Positions 9,952-18,148 of a DNA stretch of 64,000 nt are shown piece by piece. The stretch covers positions 2,129-66,128 of the forward strand of contig CACZWF010000003.1 of the NCBI GenBank assembly GCA_902784785.1, read 5' to 3'. The notes under the pieces were generated by a model. The model saw only the letters and a list, made by a program, of their open reading frames with translations. It made no database searches and was not told where the DNA came from. The stretch comes from an uncultured Bacteroidia bacterium (GTDB taxonomy: Bacteria; Bacteroidota; Bacteroidia; Bacteroidales; UBA932). Made by a program: the position numbers and the translations under genes. Numbering within the stretch: position 1 is the first letter of the stretch; the number at the start of each line of letters is the position of its first letter.

Positions 9952-12900
9952 ATGAACCGTCCGTTTCGTTATTTGATGATTTCCGTATTGCTTCTTCTGG
10001 CTTGCGCCAAGGAGACGGCTCCCGTCGAAGAGTCCTTGCGCCCTGCGTCCGGCTCGTATGAGACGATGATTTTCAAGGCTGATACCGATGAGGGACTCAA
10101 GACGACCTTGGGCTCCGACCGGACCATCCGTTGGCAGTCCTGGGATAAGATTTCGGTCTTCAGCGGACCGAATGCCGCTGGACAGACTTTTACCGTAAAA
10201 TCGTTGGATAACGAGAATAAAACGGCTCATTTCGAGGGTCTGGGACTTCCTGCCGAGCAATACTACGCGCTCTCGCCGGCACAGAACCTGGCCTCCATTT
10301 CCAACGGCATCCTGACCGCCTCGATGCCGCTGGTACAGGGTGTGCTGCAAAACAGTTTCGGAGCTCAGGCCAATCTCTCGGCCGCTCAGTCGGATGGAAT
10401 CTCGGATGTGTTCTATTTCCGGAATGTGGGGGCCATTCTAGCCGTCAAACAGCAGAACAGCGGGGTTGTCGGTATCCGAATCGAAGCGTTGAACAACCAG
10501 AAGATGACCGGTGAGGCGACCATTTCTTTTGATGAAAATAGCCTGCCGTTTGTCGTTCCCACGCAAAACGCCCACGACTATGTGCTGTTGAACGGCGCCT
10601 TCACGGCGGGAGATATCTATTATGCCTCGGTTTTTCCCGGAGATTATACTTCCGGTTTCCGTGTCACTCTCTACCGCCCGGGCAGTTGGGTGTCGTTTAC
10701 GAATTCCACACCCCTGCGTCTGGAGCGCAATCAAAATGTCCTGTTGGCCGAGCTCCCGCTGGTCGCGGAAGAAAAATGGAAGAACTCCGGAACAGTTTCC
10801 CTTGAGGGGAGCGGTCCTGAACAGGGACGCAAATTGGCTTTTGTCGGGAATACGTACGGCGATATGAATATTTCTCGAAATCGCGGTACGCAGATCGAGG
10901 CTTTTGCCCAAGATGAATACAATTATGAAATTTTCACTCGTCTGGAAAAGGGGAAGGCGGTTTATTTCAAAGACGAGCAAAACAAACTTTACACGATTGC
11001 CGACGGATGGGCGTTGCCGATTCAGCGGGTCGAAGAAGCTTGCGCGCCCGGCATTGATGCGGATGGCGTGTATCGCGTGCGTGTGCAACTTCCCTACGGC
11101 AAGGCCTATCTGCAGCCTGTCACCGAGGTGAAATGCAACCGGAGCGGAACCGACATCGCCACCTTGGATTATGTCTCCAATGGTGTATGGACTGCTTCCG
11201 GTGTATCTCTGTCCGGAAGCGAGACACGGTATAAATTCCATTTTACCATTGACGGACAGACACAGGTATATGGGAGAATGGCCAATACGGATGCCACTCC
11301 TACGTCCGAGACAGCCCCTTCCTATTATTATGTGCAGCCGGCCGCTATGGATCAGTGGGAACCTGCTTTCAAGTTCAGCTCCGGCTATGCCAATGTCAGC
11401 AATCGTTACTTTGCTGATTTGACTCTGTCGATGAATGAAGATGCCGGCCATTATACCCATCAATTCATTTTGCTGGACGCGGAAAATCTTCCCGACATCG
11501 AAAATGGCGATGAGATGTTCATCCGGGGCCCCGGCGCGATGGAAGCCGGACAACAACTGGCCTATGTCACGGATGCCTGGCGCAATACCAGCCTGAGCGG
11601 AGCCGGAGAGCCCGCCTCTATCCGCGGCCCCGAGGGCTATAATTACGAGATTTTCACCAAACTGGAAAAAGGCAAGAAATTCTGGTTTGTCGATGAGAAA
11701 AAAGGTTGCAAGTATGCTCCGAATGCGGATGCGACCGCATTGGAACCGGTGGCTTCTCCTTCACAGGTCGCTTACGCCGGCGTGGGCGTGACCGGGGTGT
11801 ACCGCATTCGGATGAACTTCCTCACCGGTGTGTTGAGCATCTTCCGGGTGGACATCGCCAATTTCAAGCAGCCGGCCTCCTCTTATGGGCAGAATATGAC
11901 CTATGCCGGAAACGGTACCTGGCGTCTCGAGCGTTTCGACATCCGTTGGAAGAACCAAAGTTGGAATTCCCACGAAGATCGTTACAAATTCGCCTTGTGG
12001 ATTTCGTACGATGCCAGCGGCCAGCAATATATCAACCAGTGGTTCGATATGGCCAACTTGGTTCCCAACGACCGTCCTTCCACGCGCTCCGACATCGGCA
12101 CGAACTATTTCTATGTGCAGCCTTTCAATACTTCGGATTGGAACGGTTGCTTCAAGTTCCCTGATTATCTTTGTTCCAACCAAGCCGATGTGGCGACGAT
12201 GCGGGCGACGGTCTCCTTGTGTCTGAATCCGGATGCCGGTTGTTATTCCCATTCCTTCACCCAAGAAGAAGCCGTGGATGCCACGCCGGTCTATACGGCC
12301 TTGCAAGCGACTTCCTCGGAAGAATCTTTTGACCTTCATCTGAGTGCCAACGGCACGGTGTTCGAAGGCGTTTCCACCTTCATGCAAGGGGCGAATGTCA
12401 CTTGTGTGGCAACGGACGAGTTGGGTCGTAAAAGCAATGTTTCCTATCCTTCTTCCGTGACCGGCGTCGCCTATATGGTGGTCAGCCGCGATCTGTCTTC
12501 CGCCTCCTTCACGTCGCTGGGCGAACTTCTGGCGGAAGGAAATGCCGTCAACGGGTTCAGTGACCGTTCAGGAGCTACGCTGCCGTATGTGGGCAAGGGC
12601 GTATTCCGCGGGACGAACCTGACTTTTGCCGGCTCTGCGGAAGGAGCGGCCGACGCGATGACGCCGACCTATCCCTTCAGCCGGTACGGACGCGCCCGGT
12701 TTACCTTTATCAAACCCAGCAGCAGTTATAGTCCTCAGTTCCGCCGTTTGGACGGTTCCCGGATGGCGTTGGAAAACAGCGCTTATGGCAATACCTCCGA
12801 GATGCAGATCAATCCCGGTGTCTATGACATCACGGTGGACTTGCGCAATTTTACCCTGCAGATTCTCCCTAAACATAGTTCGCGTCGCCGTATCACGGTG

Positions 12901-13968
12901 ATGGGTTCTTCCGTTCCCACCGGTACGGGCGCGACCGACAACAAGGGCTATATGTATCTCTATGCTCAAAATGCGCTGACTTCCGGCTGGCTCCTTTCCA
13001 ACCGAAGCGTTCCCGGAAACAACACCATCACCTTGACCGAGCGCTATGATGATATTCTGATGGATGCGGGGGAATATGTGGTGTATGCTTTGTCTTTGGG
13101 TAATGAGGGCATTCACGGAGCCGCAGACCAGAATGCAGTCAGCGCGCAGTGGAAAAATAATATGAAACGCTTGATCGAGCGTTCCCGCAAGGAAGGCAGA
13201 AAGGTGGTGGTGACCGCCAACTACGGTCGGGGTGATTTCAACGCATCGGATTATGCACAGGTCAAGGCGGTCAATTTGGAAATTCAGCAGTGGGATGTAC
13301 CTTCGCTCAACCTGCTGGGCTCCGTGGACGACGAGGCGGGTCATTGGCCCTCCGGTTACCAGAACGGCGACGATGTCTCCCATCCCAACGATGCGGGGCA
13401 CGCGGAAATGTCCTATACGCTCGTCCCGTCCCTGTTTGATGCGATGGATGCCGGCAAAGCCCTGCCGACCCGTCAAACGGAGGGCCATTTGGACCTGGGC
13501 AGCCGTTCCCTGCGTTTCACGCCCGAAGCGACCGTCCATCCTTTCACCGTAGCCTGCTATGTGAAGACGACTTCGACCGGAACGATTCTGACGGTCAAGA
13601 CAGCGGATGGGCAGAAAGCCGTTTCTGCGGACAAGGCTTTGGTGGCCGGCGGCCGGCTCAACGACGGCAACTGGCATCTGCTCGCCTTCACCCACTATTA
13701 TGCCCAAGGCGTCTCCGTCTTGTATGTGGATGGCGTGGAGCAAAGCCGTGAGAACGAGCGTCTGGTTCCGCAGAACTTCACGGTTGGCCCTCACGCGAGC
13801 GGCAAGGAACTCTTCTTCTGGCGTTCCGCGATGAACGGTCTGGAAATGCAGGCTCTCGCCGAAGGCAAGATGCTCAAGTCTTCTCTTGAGCTCTACGCGC
13901 CCCTTCTCTCCGGTTCGCTCACCAACCTCGCCCCCTCCACCAACAGTTCCCTGACTTTAGGGGAGTAA
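9952..13968 (+). CDS. Multidomain lipoprotein A: fimbrillin-like head + 2 repeat modules + SusE/F-like domain + SGNH/GDSL esterase + LamG-like domain
   Basis: Lipobox LLAC; fimbrillin-type KTTL..IRWQSWDKISVF; two YNYEIFT..RYKF..VQP..HYTH/CYSH modules; SGNH blocks (VMGSS, PGNN, LGNEG, DDVSHPN); LamG-like DGNWHLLAFT..VLYVDG. Confidence 0.75.
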   Translation: MNRPFRYLMISVLLLLACAKETAPVEESLRPASGSYETMIFKADTDEGLKTTLGSDRTIRWQSWDKISVFSGPNAAGQTFTVKSLDNENKTAHFEGLGLPAEQYYALSPAQNLASISNGILTASMPLVQGVLQNSFGAQANLSAAQSDGISDVFYFRNVGAILAVKQQNSGVVGIRIEALNNQKMTGEATISFDENSLPFVVPTQNAHDYVLLNGAFTAGDIYYASVFPGDYTSGFRVTLYRPGSWVSFTNSTPLRLERNQNVLLAELPLVAEEKWKNSGTVSLEGSGPEQGRKLAFVGNTYGDMNISRNRGTQIEAFAQDEYNYEIFTRLEKGKAVYFKDEQNKLYTIADGWALPIQRVEEACAPGIDADGVYRVRVQLPYGKAYLQPVTEVKCNRSGTDIATLDYVSNGVWTASGVSLSGSETRYKFHFTIDGQTQVYGRMANTDATPTSETAPSYYYVQPAAMDQWEPAFKFSSGYANVSNRYFADLTLSMNEDAGHYTHQFILLDAENLPDIENGDEMFIRGPGAMEAGQQLAYVTDAWRNTSLSGAGEPASIRGPEGYNYEIFTKLEKGKKFWFVDEKKGCKYAPNADATALEPVASPSQVAYAGVGVTGVYRIRMNFLTGVLSIFRVDIANFKQPASSYGQNMTYAGNGTWRLERFDIRWKNQSWNSHEDRYKFALWISYDASGQQYINQWFDMANLVPNDRPSTRSDIGTNYFYVQPFNTSDWNGCFKFPDYLCSNQADVATMRATVSLCLNPDAGCYSHSFTQEEAVDATPVYTALQATSSEESFDLHLSANGTVFEGVSTFMQGANVTCVATDELGRKSNVSYPSSVTGVAYMVVSRDLSSASFTSLGELLAEGNAVNGFSDRSGATLPYVGKGVFRGTNLTFAGSAEGAADAMTPTYPFSRYGRARFTFIKPSSSYSPQFRRLDGSRMALENSAYGNTSEMQINPGVYDITVDLRNFTLQILPKHSSRRRITVMGSSVPTGTGATDNKGYMYLYAQNALTSGWLLSNRSVPGNNTITLTERYDDILMDAGEYVVYALSLGNEGIHGAADQNAVSAQWKNNMKRLIERSRKEGRKVVVTANYGRGDFNASDYAQVKAVNLEIQQWDVPSLNLLGSVDDEAGHWPSGYQNGDDVSHPNDAGHAEMSYTLVPSLFDAMDAGKALPTRQTEGHLDLGSRSLRFTPEATVHPFTVACYVKTTSTGTILTVKTADGQKAVSADKALVAGGRLNDGNWHLLAFTHYYAQGVSVLYVDGVEQSRENERLVPQNFTVGPHASGKELFFWRSAMNGLEMQALAEGKMLKSSLELYAPLLSGSLTNLAPSTNSSLTLGE

Positions 13969-13993
13969 TTATTAGAAGTATTTAAGGGCAAAT

Positions 13994-14024
13994 AAAAAGG
14001 GCTGGCCGGAACGGTCAGCCCTTT
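13994..14024. terminator. Intrinsic terminator hairpin between convergent lipoprotein genes A and B
   Basis: 13-bp stem aaagggctggccg / cggtcagcccttt with one G-T pair and a gaa loop; A/T runs on both sides. Confidence 0.8.
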
Positions 14025-14050
14025 GCTGTGTGTATGGGTGAAGTTCAAGT

Positions 14051-17000
14051 TTAGTTGTTGATGTCGATATGGAAGCGGAACGGCTCGGTATGGAACCAGA
14101 AGGTCACATCTTTGTCCCTCAAAACGTTGTCGCTTTCATGACCCGATGCATCAAGGGGCTTGGCCAGACAGTCATAACGATCCACGCCATAGTCAAAACG
14201 ATAGAGATAAGCATTGTGTGTCGCGCCGTCAATCCATCCCCACTCCCATCCTGCGGAGCAAGTTGTTTTGGGAGATGAAGAGTTATAGTCGGAATTCGTC
14301 AGCATCTTCATGCGGAAACGGTCGTCGTTTCTTCCTTGCGAATCAGACCAAGTCGACCAATTGGTGTTTCTGGCATACCAGTGTCCGTTTCCATTATAGG
14401 TCATATTCATATAATCCCTATCTTGAGCACCCCAATAGTAGGGCTGGTTCCACACCACCATTCCGTAAATTCTTGTCTCTGAACTGCTGGTCCCGGAAGG
14501 ATCGAATACAAAATCATAGATGTTTCCGTTTTCGTTGAAGGAAGTGTAGACTTGTTCCGTAACATTGGCGTCAATTTGTCCGTTGCTGCGTCTTGTATAG
14601 TAGGTCCCGTTGTTGTCTCGAACATAGACGTTGCCGTTATTAAATATACGTATCAGTTCGTAAACACCACTGCTGTAAGACGTGACAGGAGAAGCCTTGG
14701 TTCCGGAAGCGAGATAGCCATAGAGCGCAATTGCTTCGCCTGTTTCTGTCGCGCCGCTGACACTATAGCCGGTCACCGCACCGCTGGGCTTGTCGCTTTC
14801 AATATTGGCGAATTCGTGCGTGTAGTGATTTCCCTCGTTCGTGTTGTTCAGATACAGCAGCAGGTCTGTCCTGTAGCAGTCGCGATATAAATCATCTTTC
14901 AAGGTGCTGGGGAAATTGAAACCCGGGTCCCAGGTGTTGACCTTGCTCGGCTGAACGAAGTAGTCATCCAATGCTGTCCGGTCGGATTTATTATAGTCGT
15001 CTTTAACCTTGTTGCGACCGAAGTGTTGCTCCGTTCCTCCCAATACCACTTTGAAATGATATCTTGTTTCCGCTATCGTCACGTCGTATGAGGAAAACTC
15101 TCTCCATTTGATACGCAGGTTTTTCTTTTGCCAAACTCCTTTGCGGAGATAGGTCAATTCTTCGGTGATATTGCTGTTTCCATAATAATAGTACACGTGA
15201 TCGACCGTGGTGATGTACGCCGCGCCGGAAGGCAGGTCGAGGCGGATACGGTAGATGCCGTCGGCGGGTACGAGATAATCTCCATCCGTCGGACTTATAC
15301 TTTGCGTGGGGGTGTCACCATCTTCATTGAGTGTGAAGTACACATTGTTGGTCCCATAAAAATGAATTTTCTTGCCACCGGTCAGCTGTGTGAAAATTTC
15401 ATAGTTATAAGTTTCATCTTTGAACGTATCGACGTCTCCGGCATTGAGTTCGCCCGTGTTATAATAACTGTCTGAGATATAAGAAACGGCTTGTCCCGCT
15501 TCCGCTGCGCCTTCACCGCCAATGTACAGCGCGTCTCCCACGCTGAATTCAGGAAGATTCTCAGAATCGATTATATCGGTCACCGCATGTGTGTAGTGAT
15601 CCTCATCGTTGTTCATATATAAGGTCAGATTGCAATATATGCGGTCTGTGGTGATGTTTTTGTATGCTTCAGGGAACTTGAAGCCGGGCTCCCATTCATT
15701 GTTGTCTGCCGGCTGAACATAGCCATATTTAGTCATTGTTTCATAGACGGGATAACCGCCTGTGTTGCTCCACCTCCCGTAATATTGTATCGAACTGTCT
15801 CCAAATGTAAATTTGAATTTATACCGATCGTCCCAAGTGGCCGATCCTCTTTTGATTGGCATTTTTTGGATGCCCCAAGTTCCCCTTTGGGTATAGGTCA
15901 GACTGCGTGTTCCCACACCGTTGTGTGAGTATTCCACATTGCTGATTATCTTGATCTCCGCATTCTTGTTGTCCGAATTGATGCGGATTCGATAAATGCC
16001 GTCCGATGCGACGCTATATGAAGCGGCGCTTGCGTTGGCGAGGGCGGTCCAGCTTGTGCCACCTGTCGCCAAGGCAAAAAACTTGTTTCCTGCTTCATTT
16101 TGGAAATAGAAGTTCTGCCCGGCTTTCAGTTTCGTGAAAATCTCGTAGTCATAGGGGTAAGATGCCAATTGGCTGTCCGAATGATTGATGGAAGGGGCCC
16201 AATAATCATCAGACCCGACATAAGCCAATGACTGTCCGGCTTCCGGAGAATTCTGAATGGTGAGTTTTTCGCCGGCATCAATTCCGGGAAGATCCTGTGT
16301 GTCCACTTCGTTTTCAAACGCGTGGGTGTAATGCGCTTTTTCCGCATTCATATAAACCACGAGGTCGGCCAGGTAGCGCTCGTCGTGATCATTGTCAACC
16401 AGCCAGGACGGGAGTTTGAATTTGGAATTCCATTGGTTCGTCACGCAGGGCTGGAGATACCAATAGGTGCTGCCGCTCTCTTTGGTCGGCGCGCTGTCGG
16501 TCGTGTGGCGCGTGCCATATTGTTGGTCATTCCCGCCGATGGTGAAATAGAATTTGTACCGGTTGTCGTAATGTGATTCATCGTTACAATCGCGGCGGAT
16601 GGGCATCCGTTCCCGCTTCCACACACCGCGTCCCGCGTAGGTCAATTCCCGGTTGTTGGCAGTTGACCAGCAATGTTTGTAGTAGGCTGCCGTGACTTTC
16701 TGCACATATGCGTTGCCGGAGGGCAGATTGACGCGGATGCGGTACACACCCGTGCTGGCGACCGTGCCGACCGCCTCGGAAGGGCCGGTGATTTCGCTGA
16801 CGCTGTTGCCGTCCGCACTGACGGAGAAATAATGTCCGCCGCCCCGCAGCCAGTATTTCTTGCCGGCTGTCAACTTGGTGAACCATTCGTAATTGTAGTT
16901 CCCGGTCTGATCGGAGAACGCCGTGGCGTCGCCTCCGCTCTGCTCGGTATAATCCCAATAACCGTCCGCCGCCGTATAGACGCCTTTTTGGCCGGTTTCA

Positions 17001-17881
17001 GTGCCCAAGCCGTCGATGTACATATCCGTGCCGACGACAAAATCCGATCCGGACCATTTGCCGGAACTCTGGGGATTAAAGGGCGTTTTTCCGAAACTTC
17101 TGTATTTGTTGCGTGTGAATGTGGCGGAATTGCTGTTGTTGTACACCGCCTTGTATCCCGGTTTGTAGAACGTCAGGGTGAGACCGCCGGCGTGCGTTCC
17201 CGGAAGAACGACGAAATAGTAGGTGTTGCCTTTTTCAAAATCTCCAGAGAGACGGACGGTGGGGGAGCCGTTGAGGGTGGAAAGTTCGGGCACGCCTTCG
17301 TTGTAGGTGATGTTCACCTGACCGGCGAGCGGTGTGCCGTCCTTGGAGGTGATTTCAATGGCCGTGATGTTGTCATTGTCGGCATCGTCTCCCAAGGTGA
17401 TGCTGACCAGAGAGCCGACATTCTTGAAGTCCAAGCGGCTTCCGCCCGTCTGGGCGATGGAGACATTGGCTTCCGCTCCGAAGGAATTGGCGACGGCGGT
17501 CTGCTCTCCGTCAATGCGCGCGGTGATCACGCCTCCGCTGATGCTGGCCATCTCCTGCACGGGCGACAAAGCATAGTAAGTGTCCGTGACGGCGGCATAT
17601 CCTTGGAAAGTGGCCGACTTGCCGCCTTCCGCCACCTTCTTGACCAGGAATTCGTTGGCGTCCCCGTCTGCGAAAATGGTGATGTTGTCGCTGCTCGACC
17701 AGCGAATGTTCAGTCCTTCCAGCGAGGTTTTCGTGTCCTCGTCCACATTGCCGTCAAAGGTCATCGCCACCTTTTCGCGTAAAACGGATTCTTTTTCCGC
17801 CGTTTCTTTCTGACAGGCAAAGAGCGACAGGCTCAGTGCCGCTAACATTAAAATGCGTACTGTTTTCATCGTCTCTTTCAT
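14051..17881 (-). CDS. Multidomain lipoprotein B: fimbrillin-like head + 3 repeat modules + 1 divergent SusE-like module (start reassigned to 17881 or 17869)
   Basis: Signal MKTVRILMLAALSLSLFAC; DTKTSL..IRWSSSDNITIF; three modules ending HYTH; the last module resembles the C-terminal parts of 4847 and 7279. Confidence 0.8.
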   Translation of the reverse strand: MKETMKTVRILMLAALSLSLFACQKETAEKESVLREKVAMTFDGNVDEDTKTSLEGLNIRWSSSDNITIFADGDANEFLVKKVAEGGKSATFQGYAAVTDTYYALSPVQEMASISGGVITARIDGEQTAVANSFGAEANVSIAQTGGSRLDFKNVGSLVSITLGDDADNDNITAIEITSKDGTPLAGQVNITYNEGVPELSTLNGSPTVRLSGDFEKGNTYYFVVLPGTHAGGLTLTFYKPGYKAVYNNSNSATFTRNKYRSFGKTPFNPQSSGKWSGSDFVVGTDMYIDGLGTETGQKGVYTAADGYWDYTEQSGGDATAFSDQTGNYNYEWFTKLTAGKKYWLRGGGHYFSVSADGNSVSEITGPSEAVGTVASTGVYRIRVNLPSGNAYVQKVTAAYYKHCWSTANNRELTYAGRGVWKRERMPIRRDCNDESHYDNRYKFYFTIGGNDQQYGTRHTTDSAPTKESGSTYWYLQPCVTNQWNSKFKLPSWLVDNDHDERYLADLVVYMNAEKAHYTHAFENEVDTQDLPGIDAGEKLTIQNSPEAGQSLAYVGSDDYWAPSINHSDSQLASYPYDYEIFTKLKAGQNFYFQNEAGNKFFALATGGTSWTALANASAASYSVASDGIYRIRINSDNKNAEIKIISNVEYSHNGVGTRSLTYTQRGTWGIQKMPIKRGSATWDDRYKFKFTFGDSSIQYYGRWSNTGGYPVYETMTKYGYVQPADNNEWEPGFKFPEAYKNITTDRIYCNLTLYMNNDEDHYTHAVTDIIDSENLPEFSVGDALYIGGEGAAEAGQAVSYISDSYYNTGELNAGDVDTFKDETYNYEIFTQLTGGKKIHFYGTNNVYFTLNEDGDTPTQSISPTDGDYLVPADGIYRIRLDLPSGAAYITTVDHVYYYYGNSNITEELTYLRKGVWQKKNLRIKWREFSSYDVTIAETRYHFKVVLGGTEQHFGRNKVKDDYNKSDRTALDDYFVQPSKVNTWDPGFNFPSTLKDDLYRDCYRTDLLLYLNNTNEGNHYTHEFANIESDKPSGAVTGYSVSGATETGEAIALYGYLASGTKASPVTSYSSGVYELIRIFNNGNVYVRDNNGTYYTRRSNGQIDANVTEQVYTSFNENGNIYDFVFDPSGTSSSETRIYGMVVWNQPYYWGAQDRDYMNMTYNGNGHWYARNTNWSTWSDSQGRNDDRFRMKMLTNSDYNSSSPKTTCSAGWEWGWIDGATHNAYLYRFDYGVDRYDCLAKPLDASGHESDNVLRDKDVTFWFHTEPFRFHIDINN

Positions 17882-17882
17882 T

Positions 17883-18020
17883 TTAATCCCAATCATCATA
17901 GTCATCATCCTGCTCATAACCCTCGCTCATGCTCGGGTCGCAGAACACCAGCTCGGCATCCGTGTTCAGTGTGAAGCACCGGGGCTGCTCGTAGCGATTG
18001 AATATTTTTTTGCGTATCAT
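17883..18020 (-). CDS. Small 45-aa peptide MIRKKIFNRYEQPRCFTLNTDAELVFCDPSMSEGYEQDDDYDDWD (not in ORF track)
   Basis: Read manually from the minus strand; stop lies 1 nt before the ATG of gene B; clear paralog at 20499..20651; promoter immediately upstream. Confidence 0.78.
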   Translation of the reverse strand: MIRKKIFNRYEQPRCFTLNTDAELVFCDPSMSEGYEQDDDYDDWD

Positions 18021-18048
18021 CGTTTCTTTTATTCGCATTTTTACGATG

Positions 18049-18103
18049 CAAAGGTATGGAATGGGAGTCTATCCGTAGTACGAAAATATGAAAAAAGAGT
18101 ACG
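18049..18103 (-). promoter_or_regulatory. Promoter -7 box (TACCTTTG) with upstream CGTAC-N16-CGTAC direct repeat (candidate activator site)
   Basis: caaaggta at 18049-18056; gtacg at 18078 and 18099 (21-bp period); identical geometry at 20688-20742. Confidence 0.7.
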
Positions 18104-18124
18104 ATTTTCGGCAATCGTACTCTT
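18091..18124 (-). terminator. Intrinsic terminator of lipoprotein gene C
   Basis: Perfect 12-bp stem aagagtacgatt / aatcgtactctt, 6-nt loop, T-run on the minus strand, ~25 nt after the stop at 18149. Confidence 0.8.
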
Positions 18125-18148
18125 CTTTCCATTCCGTTGGGTCAACGG

